Positions 19,099-28,252 are shown, numbered from the stretch's first letter. The stretch is DNA of 58,388 nt from Steroidobacteraceae bacterium (GCA_036000265.1 DASYGA010000362.1:1-58388), one strand, 5' to 3'. Program-made: numbers and translations. The notes: generated from the letters alone by a model not told the origin.

Positions 19099-19872
19099 AT
19101 GGATCTGCTCGCCGACAGCCGCGGAATCGATCTTTGGTGCACCTACATCAGTGAGATCGGCGACCCTGCGCTCTTTCCCCGCTACGAGGCACTGCTCAGT
19201 CCGCAGGAGCGCGCGACGCAGGGGCGATTCCGGTTTGCGCGGGACCAGCGGCGTTACCTCGTCACGCGCGCCCTGGTGCGCACGGTGCTGTCCCGCTATG
19301 CCCGGGTGCGGCCTGAGGACTGGGTGTTCTCGGCCGGGCCATACGGGCGCCCGGAGATATCGGGCCCGCTGCCCGTGCCGGCGCTGGAATTCAACATCTC
19401 GCATTCCGGCGATCTGGTGATGCTGGGGGTCACGTCGGGCCGGACGCTCGGTATCGACACCGAGAGCATCGCGATTCGCGCGGCCGACATCGACGGACTC
19501 GACCGCTATTTCGCGCCACAGGAGAGTGCGGCGCTGCTCGCGCTGCCCGCGGACGAGCGGCGCCGGCGCTTTCTCGAGCTATGGACGCTGAAGGAGTCCT
19601 ACATCAAGGCGAGGGGGATGGGACTGGCGATCGCGCTGGATGCGTTCCGCTTCGAGATGCCCGGCGATCGCAGACTGCGGCTATGCATGCAGCCCGATCT
19701 CGGCGATTCGCCGCAGCAGTGGCGGGTGTGGCAGCTGACGCTGCGCGGCGATTATCTGGCGGCGGTCTGCGCTGCCCGTGGCGACAGCGCTCCGCGCATC
19801 ACGGTGCGCGAGGCCGTGCCGCTGGCGGGTGAGAGACTCGTGACGGTCGAGCCGTCGCGCAGCACGGCCTAG
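19099..19872 (+). CDS. Sfp-type 4'-phosphopantetheinyl transferase
   Basis: LGIDTE and WTLKESYIKARGMG motifs, plus LSPQERATQGRFRFARDQRRYLVTRALVR. Starts 9 nt after the hpnB stop. Confidence 0.85.
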   Translation: MDLLADSRGIDLWCTYISEIGDPALFPRYEALLSPQERATQGRFRFARDQRRYLVTRALVRTVLSRYARVRPEDWVFSAGPYGRPEISGPLPVPALEFNISHSGDLVMLGVTSGRTLGIDTESIAIRAADIDGLDRYFAPQESAALLALPADERRRRFLELWTLKESYIKARGMGLAIALDAFRFEMPGDRRLRLCMQPDLGDSPQQWRVWQLTLRGDYLAAVCAARGDSAPRITVREAVPLAGERLVTVEPSRSTA

Positions 19873-21616
19873 CTGCCATCATCGCATCGCGGCGGCCGCG
19901 AAATTCGCTGTCGGCATACCAGTCCGGCCACTGATCGCCGTCCGCCAGGTTGCGGCCGAGGAGATAGAGCGTCTGGATGTCCTCGAGTGTGCCGCTGAGG
20001 TCCCAGTTCGGATCGAACACATCCTCGGGCGTGTGATAGCGGTGGGCGGTGTAGTCCAGGGAGGCGGCGAGCCCCGCGGCGCGCCCGCCCTCGATCAGAT
20101 CGAGGCCGGGGCTGACGATCAGCGCCGGCACGCCGGCCTTGGCGAAGCTGAAATGATCGGAGCGGAAGTAGAACCCGTACTGCGGCGTCGCTTCCGGAGT
20201 CAACACCCGGCCTTGCAACGAGAGCACCTGCTTGAGCTCGTCCTCGAGCTGCGATTGGCCCGCGCCGATCACCGTCATGTCGCGAGCGCGGCCGATGATC
20301 GGCCAGGCGTCGATGTTGAGGTCGGCAACGGTCTTGTCGAGCGGAAACGCCGGGTGCTCCACGTAGTACTGCGACCCGAGCATCACCGCTTCCTCGAGTG
20401 TCGGCATGAGAAAGAGGACGCTGCGCTCCGGCGGCGTCTTCTGGTGAGCGAATGCATCGGCGATCTCGAGCAGCGCCGAGAGCCCGCTGCCGTTGTCGAT
20501 GGCGCCGTGAAAGATCTCCCGGCGGCCGCGCGGCCCGCCCGTCGTGCCGAGATGATCCCAGTGCGCGCTGTAGATCACGACCTGGTCCGGATGCTTGCTG
20601 CCCTTGACCAGCGCCAACAGGTTGTAGGAGCGGCCATGGGAGACGGTGCTGCGCAGCACGATGGAAGCAGTAGCCGCGAGCGGCACGGGCTTGAAGCCGC
20701 GCTGCGCCGCCTGCGCGGCGAGGCTGTCGAAATCCAGCCCGGCCGCATGGAAAAGGCGCAGCGCGGCGGCGCGTGTCAGCCAACCGGCGACCGCGAGCCG
20801 CGGGCCGGGAGCCACTGCGGTGGGCAGACTCTGCAGCGGGCCGCCATTGCTGTTCCTGACCACCGCCCAGGAATAGCCGGCCGCATCATCGCTGGTGTGA
20901 ACGATGAAACAGGCGGCGGCGCCCATGCGTGCCGCCTGCTCGTATTTGTAGACCCAGCGCCCGTACCAGGTCATCGCCTTGCCGTTGAAGAGTTGCGGGT
21001 CGCCCGTGGCGTATCCGGGGTCGTTGACCAGCACGATCACCGTTTTGCCCCTGACGCTGGCGCCCTGGTAGTCGTCCCACTGCCATTTGGGCGCATCGAT
21101 TCCATAACCCATGAAAACGATCGGCGAGTTGCGCAGGGCGACGACCGGCCGGGCAGCCTGCGTGAAGGTCACCATGTCCGTTCCGTAGGCAAAGCTCTGC
21201 GGGCCGGCCCCCGCGATACGCACCTCGAGCTTCGTGCCGGTGTTGAGGAGGGTGGTCGTCACCACCGGGACGCTCTGCAGCCAGTAACCGTGGTTGCCCG
21301 GCGTGAGGCGCATGCGCCGGAACTGATCGACCAGATAACGGATGGTGAGCACCTCGCCGCGCGTGCCGGGCTTGCGGCCGCCGAAGGCGTCCGCGGACAG
21401 GGTCCTGTCGAATTGCAAAAAATTGGCGTCGTTGATCTGTGGGGTCAGCGCGACCGCCATCGGCGGCGGCGTGGCGGAGGTCGCGATGGCCGCGGGTGCG
21501 CTGATCACACGGGCCGCGGCCGGGGCGGATGAGTCATCACCGGATTGGCAGGCGCAAAGCGCCAGTGCCATCAGGCTGAGGAGCAGGGGTTTGCCGGGGA
21601 GTTTCCTAGGACTCAT
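19799..21616 (-). CDS. M28-family aminopeptidase lipoprotein with PA domain
   Basis: Lipoprotein signal LLLSLMALALCAC. Zinc-ligand regions YSAHWDHLG and HGAIDNGSGLSALLEIA. The 3' end overlaps the convergent PPTase gene by 74 nt. Confidence 0.8.
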   Translation of the reverse strand: MSPRKLPGKPLLLSLMALALCACQSGDDSSAPAAARVISAPAAIATSATPPPMAVALTPQINDANFLQFDRTLSADAFGGRKPGTRGEVLTIRYLVDQFRRMRLTPGNHGYWLQSVPVVTTTLLNTGTKLEVRIAGAGPQSFAYGTDMVTFTQAARPVVALRNSPIVFMGYGIDAPKWQWDDYQGASVRGKTVIVLVNDPGYATGDPQLFNGKAMTWYGRWVYKYEQAARMGAAACFIVHTSDDAAGYSWAVVRNSNGGPLQSLPTAVAPGPRLAVAGWLTRAAALRLFHAAGLDFDSLAAQAAQRGFKPVPLAATASIVLRSTVSHGRSYNLLALVKGSKHPDQVVIYSAHWDHLGTTGGPRGRREIFHGAIDNGSGLSALLEIADAFAHQKTPPERSVLFLMPTLEEAVMLGSQYYVEHPAFPLDKTVADLNIDAWPIIGRARDMTVIGAGQSQLEDELKQVLSLQGRVLTPEATPQYGFYFRSDHFSFAKAGVPALIVSPGLDLIEGGRAAGLAASLDYTAHRYHTPEDVFDPNWDLSGTLEDIQTLYLLGRNLADGDQWPDWYADSEFRGRRDAMMAARPCCATARPSRVSHPPAARPRAP

Positions 21617-21720
21617 CGTCTTGCGAAGGCGGAACTCGGAGGCTTCCTCGTTTCCAGCAGGCAGAGCTCAGGGACCATCCCGAGCGGGAGGTGGCACGCC
21701 GAAAGATGATAGCCCCGCGC

Positions 21721-24700
21721 CTAGCCGAGGTCGATGGCGAGGGTGTTTCGATCGCGTACGAGCCGACCGAGCACCGCCTCCGCGGCCAGCCGCGCGGCCC
21801 CGCGGCGGTGCGGATTAGCGTCACGGGTGAACGGCAGCTGCTCACCGTTCAGTACGATTCCGTGGACCCCGCTGCCCGCAGCTCCGACCCGATATGTCAC
21901 CTCGAGCGGATATCCACGCACCGATGTGGTTACCCGCATCCCATCCAGCACGGCGGGCATGACCGGATCGAGGCGGAGCGCGCGGGATTCCCAGCTAAAG
22001 CCGAGGAAGTGCCGCAGCGTCAGGGCGAGCGCGATGCCGGCACCGCTGGAATACACTCGCCAGCCGCCGTCCAGGGGGATCGTGCCGGCACAGATGCGCG
22101 CGTATTCCGTGCGCGCCTGGTAGCGATCGGCGAAAGCCGCGTCGGAGCTGGAGTAGTAGCAGTTCGCCTGGCGCAGCGTCGCCGCGGGGACCAGGGAGCG
22201 GATGCCGATGGGATTGGCCTGGCAGAGCGCGCGGAAGAACTCTTCCGCCAGACCGACATGCGCCAGGGCTTGCGTGTAGCGCAAGTGCGCGTGCATGTAC
22301 ATCAGGCCGATCTCGCGGCCGAAGAACGTCGCGCTCTCCGCGCGCTGGAAGATGCGCTGGGGGCCGCCGTGATAGGGCAGCGGCCGGTCGAAGAGGCGCA
22401 CGCCGTCGGGGCCCATGAGCTCTCGTCCGATGAGCTCGAGGTGCGCCCGTGTCTGATCCGGGGTCAGCATGTCCTCCAGGATCGCGTGGATCATCGCAAG
22501 AGAGCTGTAGCGAACCCCTGTGACCGCATCGCGCGGATGGAGGAGGTAACGAATGCCGGCACCGTCGAACACGGCATAGCCCGTCAGCACTTCGTCGGGA
22601 ATCAGGACGCGTTGGAAGTCGGAGCGAACGGCCGCTGCCTGCCGCTCGAGAGGCTCCGCCTGCGCGTCTCGCCCGAGAGATCGCAAGGCATGCGCCAGTG
22701 TCGTGAGCGCCTGGAAATGCAGTGTCACCGTCCACGCGCTGCACATGTGATCGCGCAGCGTCGGGTCCGCCGGTTGCAGGGAATCGTTCCAGTCCCCGTG
22801 ACCGTAGGCGGCGAGCGCGGTGCCCGGAATCCTGCGTCTATCGATGAGACCGAGGGCGCGCTCGACGTGCTGCCAGATCGTCGCGCGCTCACCCGCATCC
22901 GGTCCGTCGGAATCGAAGAATCGGACTGCAGCGTCCAGAATACCGGCGTCGCCCGAGGCTATCAGATATTGAGCGAGTGCCACGAGTGGCCAGAAGACGA
23001 TGTCACCGTGCGAGTCGCCCGCGCGGATCCCGCGCTCCCGCTCGAAGAACATGAACCACTGCGGCCAGTCTCCGTCGGGGTTCTGGTTGGCCATGACGCG
23101 CAGCACGGTATCGCGCAGCGGCTCAGTTCGTCCCAGCGCGAGCAGCATCTCGATGGGACCCTGGCAGACATCGCGAGTGCCCCAGCCGCCGCCCGAGTAC
23201 TGCTCGAGACCGCGCGGCGATAGATAGTGAACGAGGGCATTCTGCGCGTACCAGGGGATCATCGCGGCGAGTCGCGCCGCCCGCTCGCCGGGCTCACCGG
23301 GAACACCCGGCTCGATCGCCAGGAGCGGCGCCAGCGGCTCCTCGGGCGGCAGTCGCCAGGGGTGCTGACTTTCCTCCGCGACCAGATGTCCGCAGACAGT
23401 GACGCTGGCGCGGCGCGCGGGCGAGGTCTCGATGCAGAGGTAGGGCTCCTGCCGCGAGTGTCCGTCCAGGAACAGCAGCTCGTCGGTGCCGATGCGCGCG
23501 ATGGCGGACTGGGGGGTGAAGGTGATGCGGAACTCGCCGCGTGGGAAGCGGCGGCCGACATCCGAGCCCGGTGCAGGTGTGACGACGAGTGTATCGCCCC
23601 CGCGCCGCCAGTCGAGCGGCCCAGGAGCGTTGCCGTCATCGCCATTGAGCGCGACATGCTGACAAATGAGGAACGGTGTGTCGGATCCGGCGGTCACCTC
23701 GATCTCGAGCGTCAGCGCGTGCGGGCCGCTGCGGGCAGCGGAGCGGAGCTGGATCTCACCCTCGGCGTGCCTGTAGATCCAGCGGCAGCTCTCCGGGGCC
23801 ATCTCGAAGGCCGACGGAACGCCGAGCAGCCGCCACTCGCCGGCCAGCCTGGCGAAGACCCGCAGCCCCTGCGAACGAAAAAAGCCGAGATAGCTGCGAT
23901 TCGCGGACAGCAAGCGGTTGATGCTGACATGTCCCTGCGCGAGCATGGAGTGGAACACGCCGCTCATCCAAACCGTAGAGGTCAGAGCGCTCTCATCCGG
24001 CGTCAGATGTCGCCCGGTGCGCAGCAGCTGTCCGTGAGGACGCAGCACACGCACCTCCTTTGCGCGCAGCACCACGTGGTTCTCGGTGCCATGGAAGAAC
24101 GAGAGGCACTCGCCCCGGTCATCCGCCTCCATGTGTCGCCACGGAGCCGGGAAGAGGCGCCGCAGCGCTTCCGGATCGAGATCGTCGGCCGGGAGAAGCG
24201 TTGCCGCCGAGAAGAGCGACCGACCGGCGACGTCGGCGAGAGGCAGGTCCCTCGGCGCAGGGCGCGGCGTTGCCTCCGGCAGCGTCAGGATCTCACTCAC
24301 CCGCGACAAGTCGGATTGCGATGTGGCCGCCGGGTGATCGGCGACGAACAAGCCGAAGAACCCGGCATCCAGGCCCTCTCCGGGGGCCAGGCGCAGCGGC
24401 GCATCGCGCAGCACAGCCATGGAATGCTCGTGCTGCAGGCGCCGCCCGGACAGTTCCTCGAGCATGCCGACCGGCGCCTCGCCGGCCCGGCTCGCAAGCC
24501 CATAAAAGTCGAGCGCGTCGGTGGCGTAGGAGGCCGCTCGCCGCAGCGATCCGATCAGGCACCATGGGTTGCGCCCCTCCGCCGCCTGGTTCTGTCGTGA
24601 GGCGATCAACGTCCCGCGTTGCGGATCGGAAAGCGGCGTGTGATCGACGTACTGACTGACGTAGTACTCGTTCATCCGCACGGCCCCGTAGGGGGCGAGT

Positions 24701-25062
24701 GCTACATCCTGGGCATAGGTGAGGTCGAGCTCCTGCGGATCCGCCGTGACATTCCGCAGGCGCACATGCCAGAACCAGACCGATACCTCCTCAGCCAGCA
24801 CGAGCGAAATGTCGTAATCGATGCCCTGCCAGCTGCCGCGGCCGGCGAGCCGACCGGTATCAGGCGTGGCGAGGCGGGTCGGGCTGGCAGGGCCAAGAAG
24901 AGGCGTCCATTGCTGCATGGGGCCGCGGCGCCGCAGGAAGAGATTGGCGGGCCCGCACTCGACTTCGTTGCCGATGAACAGTGTGAGCGTGGTCGGGCCG
25001 CAGTCCAGGCGGCGCAAGCCGGTCGCGCCGATCTCGGCCTTGAGGCCCGAGCGGCTGGTCAC
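21721..25062 (-). CDS. GH94-like glycoside phosphorylase (cellobiose / beta-1,2-oligoglucan phosphorylase-like), ~1100 aa
   Basis: YGHGDWNDSL (GH94 catalytic DWND-type motif) and GGGWGTRDVCQGPIEMLL. The N-terminal SGLKAEIGATGLRRLD...GPANLFLRRRG looks coding. Start uncertain: GTG 25062 or 25083, or ATG 24918. The rest of ORF ..26181 is antisense to ilvE. Confidence 0.72.
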   Translation of the reverse strand: MTSRSGLKAEIGATGLRRLDCGPTTLTLFIGNEVECGPANLFLRRRGPMQQWTPLLGPASPTRLATPDTGRLAGRGSWQGIDYDISLVLAEEVSVWFWHVRLRNVTADPQELDLTYAQDVALAPYGAVRMNEYYVSQYVDHTPLSDPQRGTLIASRQNQAAEGRNPWCLIGSLRRAASYATDALDFYGLASRAGEAPVGMLEELSGRRLQHEHSMAVLRDAPLRLAPGEGLDAGFFGLFVADHPAATSQSDLSRVSEILTLPEATPRPAPRDLPLADVAGRSLFSAATLLPADDLDPEALRRLFPAPWRHMEADDRGECLSFFHGTENHVVLRAKEVRVLRPHGQLLRTGRHLTPDESALTSTVWMSGVFHSMLAQGHVSINRLLSANRSYLGFFRSQGLRVFARLAGEWRLLGVPSAFEMAPESCRWIYRHAEGEIQLRSAARSGPHALTLEIEVTAGSDTPFLICQHVALNGDDGNAPGPLDWRRGGDTLVVTPAPGSDVGRRFPRGEFRITFTPQSAIARIGTDELLFLDGHSRQEPYLCIETSPARRASVTVCGHLVAEESQHPWRLPPEEPLAPLLAIEPGVPGEPGERAARLAAMIPWYAQNALVHYLSPRGLEQYSGGGWGTRDVCQGPIEMLLALGRTEPLRDTVLRVMANQNPDGDWPQWFMFFERERGIRAGDSHGDIVFWPLVALAQYLIASGDAGILDAAVRFFDSDGPDAGERATIWQHVERALGLIDRRRIPGTALAAYGHGDWNDSLQPADPTLRDHMCSAWTVTLHFQALTTLAHALRSLGRDAQAEPLERQAAAVRSDFQRVLIPDEVLTGYAVFDGAGIRYLLHPRDAVTGVRYSSLAMIHAILEDMLTPDQTRAHLELIGRELMGPDGVRLFDRPLPYHGGPQRIFQRAESATFFGREIGLMYMHAHLRYTQALAHVGLAEEFFRALCQANPIGIRSLVPAATLRQANCYYSSSDAAFADRYQARTEYARICAGTIPLDGGWRVYSSGAGIALALTLRHFLGFSWESRALRLDPVMPAVLDGMRVTTSVRGYPLEVTYRVGAAGSGVHGIVLNGEQLPFTRDANPHRRGAARLAAEAVLGRLVRDRNTLAIDLG

Positions 25063-25179
25063 GATTTTCGCGGCGGCACTCACGGCGGCTATCGTAGCCG
25101 CATCCCTTGCCGGAGGGGCGCTCGTTGTGCTCGTGCAACAACGGTGCGCGCCGGGCGCGCGCGGCTTAAACTGGCGGGC

Positions 25180-26202
25180 ATGAACACCATGCCAAAACCT
25201 CCGCAAGAGCCGCGCCCGGCATTTGGAACCGTGCTGGCGCCCACGATGACCCTGGCCCGCTTCCAGAATGGAAAATGGGGCCGCTTCGAGGCGCAGCCCT
25301 GCGCGCCCATCGAGCTGCATCCCGCCGCGCACGTACTGCACTACGCCAGTACCTGCTTCGAGGGCTTCAAGGCCTACCGCTGGGCCGATGGCAGCATCAA
25401 CGTGTTCCGGATGGACCGGCACATCGAGCGCATGCGCCAGAGCGCGCGCTCGCTCGTGCTGCCGGAGCCCGATCCGGAGCAGCTCGAGGAGATGATCCGC
25501 ACCGCCATCGATCGCAATCGCGAAGCGGTGCCGGAGGCGCCGGGGGCGCTCTACATGCGGCCCATCCTCTTCGGCACGACACCCAACATCGGCGCCGCCG
25601 GCGCGGCCGCTGCCGAGGCGATTCTCATGGTGCTCGCAAGCCCGGTGTGGGATTACTTCGCCGGCGGCATGAAGCCGCTGCGCATTTATATCGAGGACGT
25701 CAACGCGCGCACCGCCTCGCAGACCGGCAAGGTGAAGACGGGAGGAAACTACGCCGCAGCACTGGGCCCCACGCTCGAGGCGCGGCGCAAATACAACGTC
25801 GATCAGGTGTTGTTCTGTCCGGGCGGGTCCGTGCAGGAGACGGGCGCTTCCAACTTCCTGCTGCTTCGCGATGGGCGCGTGCTCACCCGTAGCCTCGACT
25901 CGACATTCCTCCACGGGGTGACCCGCGACTCGGTGCTGACGCTGGCGCGTGAGGAGGGCTACCAGGTCGAGGAGCGGGTCTTCGAGGTCGCCGAGATGCT
26001 GGAGTGGGTGCGGGATGGCGAGGCCGCGCTCTCCGGCACGGCCGCGGTGCTCGCGGGGGTCGGCACTCTCGTACACCATGGCCGGGACCATCGGGTCGGC
26101 AGCGGCGAGGTCGGGCCGCATACACGCAAGCTCCGCGAGCGGCTGGTGTCCATTCAGCGCGGCGAGACGCGGGACACGCACGGCTGGACCCAGAAGGTGT
26201 GA
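25180..26202 (+). CDS. ilvE: branched-chain amino acid aminotransferase (class IV)
   Basis: ATG at 25180 inside ORF 24619..26202. HYASTCFEGFKAYRWADGSINVFR and VQETGASNFLLL motifs. 340 aa. Confidence 0.9.
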   Translation: MNTMPKPPQEPRPAFGTVLAPTMTLARFQNGKWGRFEAQPCAPIELHPAAHVLHYASTCFEGFKAYRWADGSINVFRMDRHIERMRQSARSLVLPEPDPEQLEEMIRTAIDRNREAVPEAPGALYMRPILFGTTPNIGAAGAAAAEAILMVLASPVWDYFAGGMKPLRIYIEDVNARTASQTGKVKTGGNYAAALGPTLEARRKYNVDQVLFCPGGSVQETGASNFLLLRDGRVLTRSLDSTFLHGVTRDSVLTLAREEGYQVEERVFEVAEMLEWVRDGEAALSGTAAVLAGVGTLVHHGRDHRVGSGEVGPHTRKLRERLVSIQRGETRDTHGWTQKV

Positions 26203-27179
26203 CCGCGGCCCACGCCCCGGGTGCAGTCCGCTTCTACGGCCCGCAGGACGTGCGGGCCGCGCTCGATTACGATGGGTGTATCGCAGCGGTTCGCCATGCG
26301 ATGGCCGACTTCAGCGCCGACGTCAGGCCGCAGCCGCTGCGCAGCATCGTCGAGATCGGCCCCGCGAAGCTCTTCGGCCTCATGCCGGGCGCTCTGGCCG
26401 CGCCCCAAGGCTTCGGCGCCAAGGTGCTGTCGGTGTTCGCCGATCCGGCGCAGCCGGGTCGCTCCGCGCACCGTGGTGTCGTGGTGCTCTTCGAGCGTGA
26501 CAGTGGCGAGCTCTCCTGCATTGCCGATGCGGGTGAGGTGACCGCAATTCGCACCGCCGCCGCATCCGCTGTCGCGACAGATGCGCTGGCTCGGCGGGAT
26601 GCGCGCACGCTCGCGATCTTCGGCTGCGGCACACAGGCCGCAGCGCACATTCGCGCGCTTGCCCGAGTCCGCCGGCTCGAGCGGATCCTGGTCTGGGGTC
26701 GCTCCGCGGAGGGAGCCCGCGTGTTTGCGCAGGGCATGCAGGAGGAGGTCGGAATCGCCGTGGCCGCGGTCGCGGAGGGCCGTGAGGCCGCCGCGCGCGC
26801 CGACATCATCTGCACGGTGACTGCGTCCCGGACCGCAGTGCTCTTTGGCCAGTGGGTGCGGCCCGGAACACATGTGAATGCGGTCGGCTCCAGCCACCCC
26901 GGGCCGGTGGAGATCGATCACGCATTGCTCCAGGCATGCCGTTACATCGTGGACAGCCGCCAATCGGCACTGAGCGCGGCTTCCGAGTTCCTGCTGGCCA
27001 AGGAGGCGGGGCTCATCGATGACGCGCACATCGTCGCCGAGATCGGCGAGGTGCTGCTGGGCCGCGTGCCCGGCCGCCAGTCGGCCGAGCAGATCACCCT
27101 CTACAAATCGCTCGGCCACATCGTGCAGGACCTTGCCGCGGTGAGTTATCTCCACTCGCGGGCGGGCGCTGGCAATTAA
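26199..27179 (+). CDS. ornithine cyclodeaminase / mu-crystallin family protein (imine/ketimine reductase-like)
   Basis: GTG at 26199 overlaps the ilvE stop (GTGA). TAIRTAAASAVATDALAR and FGCGTQAAAHIRAL Rossmann motifs. 326 aa. Confidence 0.85.
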   Translation: MTAAHAPGAVRFYGPQDVRAALDYDGCIAAVRHAMADFSADVRPQPLRSIVEIGPAKLFGLMPGALAAPQGFGAKVLSVFADPAQPGRSAHRGVVVLFERDSGELSCIADAGEVTAIRTAAASAVATDALARRDARTLAIFGCGTQAAAHIRALARVRRLERILVWGRSAEGARVFAQGMQEEVGIAVAAVAEGREAAARADIICTVTASRTAVLFGQWVRPGTHVNAVGSSHPGPVEIDHALLQACRYIVDSRQSALSAASEFLLAKEAGLIDDAHIVAEIGEVLLGRVPGRQSAEQITLYKSLGHIVQDLAAVSYLHSRAGAGN

Positions 27180-27180
27180 C

Positions 27181-27354
27181 GAGTCCGGCGTCACGGCGGC
27201 GCTTCTGGGAACGGTGCCGGCGGTCGTGCTGGGCGGTGTGGGCACTCTGCTCGTGGCCGCGATCTGGATGCGGGCCTTCCCGCCGCTGAGAACCGTCAAT
27301 CGGATGCGCGATGTGCTGCCGGGCGGAGGCACGCTCAATCCGGAAGCGGGATGA
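27181..27354 (+). pseudogene. possible C-terminal remnant of an MFS-type transporter (no usable start)
   Basis: The frame beginning at 27181 reads [57 protein letters not shown]. It has a TM-like helix and a tail typical of MFS C-termini. It is under 60 codons from any start and overlaps the pirin 3' end. Confidence 0.25.
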
Positions 27355-28252
27355 ACTCACGGTCATCCCCGGGCACCTTGGGAAAGCGGCCCTCGCGCCA
27401 ATCGCGCTTGGCCTGCTCGATCCGCGCCTGCGAGCTCGAGACGAAGTTCCAGTAGATGTGCCGCTCGCCGTCGAGGGGTGCGCCACCGATGAGTGCCAAG
27501 CGCGCGTCGCTGACCGCACTCAGGGTTGTCTTTGCGCCGGGTTTCAACACCAGCATCCGGCCGCGCGCCGCTCGCTCATTACCGCACTGGATCAGTCCGC
27601 TGACGACGTAAACGGCGCGTTCTTCATGCTCTTGGGGAACCTGCAGCTCGCCGCCGGCCGTCATTGCCGCATCCGCATAGAAGAGCGGCGAGAACGTCCT
27701 GACGGGCGATGTCTCACCGAAGGCGCTGCCCGCGAGCACCCGGATTCGCGTGCCCGCCATCTCGATCGCGGGCAGATCACGGGCAGGATGGTGATGGAAC
27801 TCCGGGCCGGTCTCCTCGTGCGCGAGCGGCAGCGCAACCCACAATTGCAGTCCATCGAGATGCGACCCCGACTGCCGCAGCTCGGTTCCGGTGCGCTCGG
27901 AATGAGCGATGCCGCGCCCCGCCGTCATCCAGTTGACGTCGCCGGGGCGGATCGGCTGGTGCGAGCCGAGGCTGTCGCGATGGACGATCTCGCCCTCGAA
28001 GAGGTAGGTGACCGTGGCAAGCCCTATGTGTGGATGGGGCCGCACATCGATGCCGCGCCCCGGGGGAAACACGGCCGGCCCCATGTGATCGAAGAAGATG
28101 AAGGGGCCGATCAGCTTGCGCGCCGGCGCGGGCAGCACGCGGCCGACAGTGAAGCCCCCGAGGTCGCGTGGGCGAGCTTCGATCAGTGCGGCGAGTTGCG
28201 GCGTGCCGGGGCAGGGTGCCGAGGCGGGCTCGAGGTCGGGGAGTACGCTCAC
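27335..28252 (-). CDS. pirin family protein
   Basis: GTG start. [44 protein letters not shown] and [12 protein letters not shown] are cupin/pirin motifs. Confidence 0.9.
   Translation of the reverse strand: MSVLPDLEPASAPCPGTPQLAALIEARPRDLGGFTVGRVLPAPARKLIGPFIFFDHMGPAVFPPGRGIDVRPHPHIGLATVTYLFEGEIVHRDSLGSHQPIRPGDVNWMTAGRGIAHSERTGTELRQSGSHLDGLQLWVALPLAHEETGPEFHHHPARDLPAIEMAGTRIRVLAGSAFGETSPVRTFSPLFYADAAMTAGGELQVPQEHEERAVYVVSGLIQCGNERAARGRMLVLKPGAKTTLSAVSDARLALIGGAPLDGERHIYWNFVSSSQARIEQAKRDWREGRFPKVPGDDREFIPLPD

Noticed and set aside
25180-26181. Upper third of the 1486-aa minus-strand ORF (21721..26181)
   Set aside because: It is exactly antisense to a clear ilvE with canonical motifs. The translation here is Arg/Ala/Pro-rich low complexity, as is typical of antisense frames in GC-rich DNA. 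The real GH94-like gene must start at or below about 25083.
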